64,000 bases of DNA from Eledone cirrhosa (Eukaryota). Positions 56,428 through 64,000 of this stretch are shown one piece after another. Under the pieces are notes generated by a model. The model saw only the letters and a list, made by a program, of their open reading frames with translations. It did not search any database and was not told the origin of the DNA. The position numbers were made by a program, and so were the translations under genes. The stretch is from the NCBI GenBank assembly GCA_964016885.1, contig OZ024740.1:381052001-381116000 (forward strand). The letters are read 5' to 3'. Numbering within the stretch: the first letter of the stretch is position 1; the number at the start of each line of letters is the position of its first letter.

Positions 56428-57772
56428 TTCTTTATATTTTGTTAGTTTTTCCACACTGTTATAGTTCGACGAAAAGTGTACAAGACATTGTTCCTGCTGG
56501 CATGTTTCGGAGACGATGCAAAATAGGTGAGATAATACTTAAGGTCAGATCTAACGATCTGGCCACACACGTTCTCAAAAATGTATAATAGATATCAATC
56601 TAATATTACTTTGTGTTATATAATTTTTGTTATATACTACAGCTCCTAACATGATGCTCTATTCAATGTAAAATTCAATACTAAATGGCTTAATTCCATC
56701 ATTCTAGCCACAATATTGCAAAACCGTTCGATTGAGAAATATGTCACTTGAATGCTTATATGGGAAGTAATCTTCTCAAAATACAGTCTACCTACATCTT
56801 TTGGGACGTCTACCAAAACTTGATACGGTTAATACACATTAGTAAAAATTTGATATAGTTACATTGACGTAAAGTCTGGGTATTGAACAAAAGCTTAAAG
56901 ACAGGTTTCCTTAAACTTAGCACATTTAGAACATGATCAGCTTATTTCTCTAGAATCAGAGCTTGCATTGAATAAGCAGACACTTCCGTCATACTGATAG
57001 TCCAAGTTGTTAATCTTACGATGTTCTAGGTCACCGGGATATCTCTAGACATGTGTTTGTGTGTCTTATTGTATTATTTCATTGTTTTATGTTATTTTAT
57101 TATAGTATAGTGCCCATCCTTCTGTCTGCCTCGCTAGCGTCTAGTTGCAGACGTATTTCACATACTGACCTACTCGACATTTTTTTTATTTCGATAGTTT
57201 GACGTGATGCGATAGGGTTGGAGTTGATGGTGGTGGTGTATGCGGTGATTGAATTATTGGTGATAAGTTAGGTGGTTTGTGTTTACTCTGAACGCCCCCA
57301 AATATTTCTGAAGTACCATAAGTCTTCTCCGTGAATTTTTCATGTTTCCTCGCATGGGATATACGTATAATTCAGGTCAGCTTGAATAGAATGAGTTATA
57401 AGTGAATGAATGAATAAATAAATATACAAATAAATAAAAAAATTTCAGAAAGAAAGAAAAAAAAGAAAAATCCAGTAAATGTAATGGTTGTTCATATGAA
57501 GAGGAACCTTCTTAATTCAGCTCTAATGATCCAGATAATAGTGTGCATTGAACTGACAAAGCGAATGTGGCAGTTCTATAACAAACTTCTCTCAATGACT
57601 CGTCAAAATTAAAGCCTGGTGGTACAGCTTTTTTGAACAGTGCGCCGACCTCAATCTATATGCCTTCAGGAGCTGCACGCAGTCGTTGTAACGTATTTAC
57701 GTAATGCCATCAAGTTGAATGAAACATGACCAGCCAGTAGTCTTTCTCTGTCTCTGTGAATGTGCGTTGAAT

Positions 57773-57831
<59 letters not shown>

Positions 57832-58489
57832 GTGCGTGTGTGTGTGTGTGTGTGTGCGTGCGCGCGTGTGCGCGTGTGCGTGTGTGTGGGGGGGGGGGGA
57901 GTCACGGAAAGCTTTGATGGGTGTAATATTAAAAAAAAATTTTTTTTATTCCCATGGGAAGAGGAAAATAGAATTATATAAACTATGATTATTTAAGCTA
58001 TGGTTACTGAAAAACGACCGGATGAATGAATGACAGACTGAATGAATGAATGAATGAAAGCTGAGTATATTGATCATATTTTCAATTAATGCAATGTTTT
58101 TTGTTATTTAACAAGGGTTCATACGATTCCAAAAGGAATCCTGAAATATGTTTAGAGTTCGTAATAAAAAAATGTCTCTACGGGGTTTGTCAGTAAATCT
58201 GACTGTTCTTCGAGGCATTCATGATATTCTAAAGATCCTACTTTAATATGTTATACCTTTAAGAAATGTTATATATACATTTTTTAATGCAAAATTTTAA
58301 AAATGTGTACGTATATATTCTTTCGTATCAATTTTAAGGTTTTTTTTTATAAGTATCACGGTAATATTTGGAGTTCATCTCATGGAATATCAAATTTAAA
58401 GGTTCTTTGTAAGTCTCTCAGTTATATTTGGGGGCTGATATCTTAAAAAAAACATTGGAGACCATTGATTTAAACACTGGCCAACGTTG

Positions 58490-58790
58490 ATTGATACGGA
58501 GAGGTATATCAATGAAGAATTCTGAATGTGTATGGACAGCTTAAATATGGAATGCGCAGTTCTTCTATTCAAAAGTATTGATGCAATGTCACTTGAAGCC
58601 ACAGCAAGGGCATTAAAAATAGAACGCAGTAGGAAACGTGTTTTAAATTTACAGTGACGACTCCAGACATGTTTAGGTCTTATATGACTTCATGAAGTAT
58701 TATCTAATCGTTGCTACAGAGCTATATATGATTGTTACATAAACACAGATATGGGAGCTATTTTCAATGAAGAAAAGTTCAACAACACCA
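58490..58790 (-). pseudogene. Old Helitron PIF1 helicase fragment
   Basis: ALAVASSDIASILLNRRTAHSIFKLSI versus ALAVASSGIAATLLPGSRTAHSYFKL in the larger element. Confidence 0.6.
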
Positions 58791-59046
58791 ATATGAACTA
58801 GCGAGTTGCGTAGACCCGACCCTCACATTAAATATCTTAATGCGCAACATTTCGTCAGTTATTACGTCATAATAATGTGTAACAAACTGTCTGCCAGGCG
58901 TTAGAAAATTTATAACAAAATCTAAGTTAAGCATTTTGCAATATCAATCTCTATATTGAAAAGAAATTATATTGTCTATGTGAATTTCCGCTGACATCTC
59001 AGCTGGTCTACATGCACACTACATTCACACCTACTCACACAGACAC

Positions 59047-59166
<120 letters not shown>

Positions 59167-59753
59167 TTATATTAATATTATATGAAAGTACATATATATG
59201 TATATATATACTTTCATACATGTATGATGTTAAAGTCAGTCACGTGAACGGATACACTAGAGAATGTAGTCAATAAAGCGGATGGTTACTGTTGGAATTA
59301 TTTAATCATAGATATGCTTATTCAGAGCTGGCCTGTGGGTAAACAACATGTAAAAGTCCTTTCAGCTAACGGAACTAGATTTGGCAGGAAAACCAAAAGC
59401 AGAAACGTTTCTTTCATGCAAAAATTATTTTTTAATTGATAAGGCAAGTTATCCATCTTCACTCTAAACACACACATAGACATATATAGAGAGATTGCTA
59501 GACAGAAACACACCGACTGATACCCACGGACGCACAGACACACACCACATATAACAGACACATATATGTAGCTAAACACTAAGTGAAAAATATATTGGCA
59601 GATGCATATATTTATACACACATATAAAATGATTCACAGTCACACACATTCAGAATTCTTCATTGATATACCTCTCCGTATTAATTTTTATTTGAATGAT
59701 AAAACCGTTCAAGGTAGTTGGTTCCCCAGCATGGACGAAGTCAAATATATATA

Positions 59754-59830
<77 letters not shown>

Positions 59831-60019
59831 GTGTGTGAGTGTTTATACATACACATACACTTTCGTACATAAAGCGAGTGAGTGAGAAAGAACTTTATTT
59901 CCCTTACATATGTTTGTATGTCCTTGTGTGTATATATGTATGTGTGTTTGCATGCATGTATCTATCTATGCGTTCAACAGGGGTGATGTAAGCAGAGAAA
60001 CAAATAGATAGATATATAT

Positions 60020-63000
60020 GTTTCTTTATTAGCCACAGGGGCACACAAGAAGGGGGAAAATACAAAGGGGGAAGTTTACATACAATAAAAACGTGTAAAA
60101 TATTATCACAAATACAATTTAAAAATTAGTCGATTTTCCCCAATAGGGGAGACATTACATATGGGTAACACATACCCCCGAAAAAAATATGTAACCCTCA
60201 TCTCCAGGAGTACGAAGAGTTTGTACCCCTTTCCTCTCCTCCTCTTTTTCCTCAACCTACAGGCTGATATAGAGAGAAGGCCCATTCACTCGGGCCATAC
60301 TCGCCACTTTCACCCACCTTTCATAAAACTTGCTGGGGTACAGAACTTCTCTCTCCATCCTGGTTCTTCTTCCAAAGTGGTGTTTGAAAAAAAGAATCAG
60401 TTGTTGGCCGGAGAGAAAGGTGTCTGACCTCAGCCCTTTCAACCTTGTCCACCATACAACCTCTTTCGCCATAGCTATCACACAAAGGAAAACCGCCTCT
60501 CCTTCGTTTTTGAAGGAGGGTGGTGGTTTGATCATGACAATGGACTCGGTGGTCAACCGGATTGGTCCCACCCGCGACAATAGTCGTTCTACATAGCCCC
60601 ACAGGTCGGTAACGCCCGGGCAGTGTATGAATGCGTGCGCGACGGTTTCTTCGTCTCGCACGCACCTGGGACAGATCTTTTTCGAAGGGTCCCTGCCCGG
60701 GCGCCCATGTCTGTAGAGCTTGTCTCGAACTGGTAGGGCTCCTCGCCAGGGACTTTTGGAAGTTGTCCATCGGTCCCGGGCGGAAGGTCCTACCGAACAG
60801 AATGGCCAGTTCGTCTTCCTCTACGCCTAGAGTTTCACCGAGCGCGTCGTCGCACTTGCTGCGGATCAACCCTCTATAGAATGACGAAGTGGAGTCTCCA
60901 CTGATCGCCGGGTCCGCCTGCAAGAGGGCTGTGAGCGCCTGAGCACATTCGATGTGCCAGTCACCCATTTTCCTCGGTCTTTTCTTGACCCAGGTCTGCA
61001 GCTCGGTCAGCGTGACGAGTCGTGGGAAGGCTCGCCTCACGAACGGGGCCCACACCGGTTGTCCGGTGAGGAATACGTAGAGATGCCGCAGCCTGAGCGT
61101 GTGTTTGCGCATCGCCAGCCACGGCATCCCCAGCCCTCCGTTGGAAGGGTGTTGGCAGCAGATGGATATTCTCACCAAAAGAGCCCGCCTCTTCCAAAGG
61201 AATTGGAAGAGCGCGCGCTCCATCCTAGTGAGCGTTTTGACTGGACAAGGCACGGCGGTCAAGCGGTAGTAGATGGCGGACGCTATAAAAGTGTTCGCCA
61301 CCTCTGCTAGACCTTTCAATGATAGTTTGCACTCGGCCCACTTTTGGGTGAGTGCAAACACCTTGGCCGTCACCTCGTTCCATTTATTCTGCACCTGGAG
61401 GTCCGGACCAAAGCAGACCCCGAGCATCTTTACCGGTCCTTCCGTCCAGCGTCCGACGACGCCATCGGAAGGCATCGGTCTGCCTCTTTCCGATCCGAGT
61501 TGCAAACCGATGGACTTGTCCCGGTTCAGCTTCGCTCCTGTGAACCTTTCATATTCCTTCAGTAAGGTGCCGACTTCCTCGATTTGCGAGGTGCGCGACA
61601 CCATCACTGTCACGTCGTCGGCGTAGGCCGCCTCCGCTTTCAGCAGTCCCGGTTCCAGAGGTATTCCCTGCAATAGCTCCAATTTCCGCACTAGTGGCTC
61701 GAGATTCAGTACGTACAGAAGGGAGGAGAGAGGGCATCCCTGTCGAATGGATCGCGTGATATGGAACGGCTCCGAGAGGTAGCCGTTCACCTTGACCCTT
61801 GAGCAGATGTTGCTATTGTGCATTGTAGCAATCCAGCCCCTGAACACGGGTCTGAAGCCTGCCGCCTCCAGGTAACGATGGTCAACCCTATCGAAAGCCT
61901 TAGACTGATCCAAGTTGATCAGGGCCCTACCGAAGCCGGGTTTACACCCTACCCTCTCTATGATATATCGCATGAGGTGGAGGTTGTCGTGTATGGACCT
62001 GGTCGGGATTGCGCATGTCTGCGCTTCTCCCACCTTGGCCAAAATCTGTAACTCTGTGTTTAGCAGAGTTATGGGCCGGAAGTTGCCTATGACATCCCCC
62101 TTATTCTCGTCCTTCCTGACTAGTGTGACTACGCCCCAGACACAGAACTGGGAATTCTCCCGTTCTGCTGCCAGTTGCAGTAGACCGCTTCCAGGAGACC
62201 GGAGAATAGGTCCAGCATTGCTACGTAAAATTCGTAGGGTAGACCGTTGAGACCTGGAGATTTTCGTTTGCTGCATTGGCTCAGCGTGTCCCCTATCTCA
62301 GCCGCTGAAATCGACTTTTCGCAGAACTTCGCCTCGCTGTCCGAGAGTCGCGGTAGGTCGTCGAGGTATGGACCGAAATCCATAGCCCCTCCCGGCGCGC
62401 CGCCCTGCCCGAACAGCTGAGCAAAGTGCCGCTGAAAGGCCGCACACATCTGCTTCGGCTCACGTGTCACGCGTCCGTCTTGGTCCTTCAAAGACCGAAT
62501 CGTGGACTTGTTGCCACTTTTCGCCTCCGTCACTCGGGCCCAGCTAACAGCTTTGGCTCCCTCGTTTCCGAGAGCACGTATTTTGCTTCTGACAACGCAG
62601 CCTTCATGCTTTGCGTCGAAGAACTGGTCCAAGGCCGTTCTCGTCGCTAGCACGCTGGCTAGGTTGCCAATTGTAACTGCCTCTTCTACTTTATCTACCA
62701 GTTCCTTTTCGGTTTTTGTTCTATCTAACACTAATTCTTTACTAAAACCTATCGAGTCTAATCTAACTGCCCTCTTGAGAGAGTACCACCATCTGTTGTT
62801 GACAAGGGCCCTGTCAAGTGCTGTTTAACTAAAGTGCTAATCCGTCTACTATAGGCTTTGCCTGTCGGTAACGACAAGTTCAGCTTCCAGTAGCCGGGTC
62901 CTTGTCTATGGGTTCTATCAAGGTTGACCATGCAGGTCACTAGTTTGTGATCTGAATAGGCAAACATGAACATGTGTGGACAGCTTAACATGTCCCTATC

Positions 63001-64000
63001 CTTATTTCTAACTAGAACCCTATCTAGGTACGATCTAGATGTTCCGCTGAGATTAGTCCACATCCACTGTGGCACAGTCGGAAAATCTAGTCGATATCTA
63101 TCGGCCAGGTCAAATCGGCCGATTAACTGTTTGCGTCTGTTACACCCCCCCCCCCTTTATCGGGACGTGCTCCTACATAGTCCCAACGTGCATCTAGGAT
63201 TCCATTCCAGTCCCCCACTAAAAGCAAGGAGCGGGACGTTCCCAGAAAATTCTCTAGACGTTTGAAGAAGTCTGGCCGCGGTATCTCGGATTGGGCATAT
63301 GCGGCCATCAGCCTGAAGGCTCCACCTTAACTACTGTCAACGTCTAGGACCACCAGCGGACCCTGCGGGTCCAGATGTACCGTCTGTGTAACGAGGCCCA
63401 GGTGTTTGCGCAGCAAAACGGCAACAACGCCCCCACCCCCCGGCTGACAGAGAGATGCGTAGATCTCAAAGTCCTCGAAGATGGGGGCCAGCTGTCGCTC
63501 GCTGTGGATCCTGGACTCGCAAATGGCTAGTACATCCATACTGTGCGACCTGAGGTCGTTTAAGTGTTTGCCCTGTTTTCAGGGCATCCACAGGCTGCGT
63601 ACATTCACACATCCAACTCTTATATTGGCCATGTTGGTTCTGAAAAGTTAAAAGAAGAGAAGAAAATACTCACCTCTTCGTCTCCCGGGGATCAGGCCGT
63701 ACGATTTCCATGGGGTGTTAGAGGGTTTTTTCTGGGTGGGAGGTGGTTTCCGGCGGGGTGGGGACGGAGATGTTTTGTGGGGAGGGGGTGTCTGATGGGG
63801 TGAGGTGTCTGGGGTGGGGTGGGGAAACTTTTTAAAAGCACGCGGTTAATGGATTTAACACAAGGATTACCCACGTCCTTAGGAAAGTTTTCCTTTAAAG
63901 ACTTATAGGTGTCCGTAGGGACCCTAATCATCTTTAAATTAGGTTTGTCTACACAGTTCGAAAAAGTTTTCCCTTCGATTTTCACCGAAGGGTCGTTGGA
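60020..64000 (-). mobile_element. Tx1/L1-clade LINE (ORF1 end, ORF2, 3' UTR with AATAAA); runs off the window
   Basis: 3' end ...tgtggctAATAAAgaaa next to a microsatellite; ORF2 remnants; ORF1-like frame beyond 63650. Confidence 0.9.
60257..63632 (-). pseudogene. LINE ORF2: APE endonuclease, reverse transcriptase and C-terminal CCHC; frameshifted
   Basis: MANIRVGCVNVRSL; LAICESR; GDWNGILD; SYLDRVL; SDHKLV; GYWKLN; KSPGLNGLPYEFY; FRPITLLN; LDQSKAFDRVDH; RQGCPLS; AYADD; ETVAHAFIHC. Confidence 0.92.

Overview
Repeat-saturated, AT-rich eukaryotic DNA. The SINE families and (TA)n/(CA)n/(TACA)n load suggest a cephalopod (Octopus-like) genome, which is an inference. No intact host gene can be supported; there is one weak candidate exon at 4206-4321 (-). 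The window is dominated by mobile elements. (1) A ~12.7-kb nested chain of Penelope-like elements (PLEs) at 12.5-25.2 kb, joined through (TA)n tracts. It holds two Hydra-clade-like and one Nematis-like GIY-YIG ORF remnants, a near-perfect 3.58-kb inverted repeat, a 0.67-kb inverted repeat and an older outer inverted pair. (2) About ten type-I hammerhead ribozyme motifs, some intact and some degenerate, most with family-specific palindromic stem III, sitting in PLE ends and small foldback elements. (3) An (ATGT)n-linked chain of RTE-derived bipartite non-autonomous elements plus an R4/Dong-type REL retrotransposon. (4) A full-length decayed Helitron (49984-56427). (5) A Tx1/L1-type LINE (60.0-64 kb) and an older copy of the same group. 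(6) Decayed hAT (Buster/Charlie-like) and RTE fragments and many tRNA-derived SINEs. Most ORFs in the supplied track are microsatellite artefacts. All alignments and folds were done by eye.
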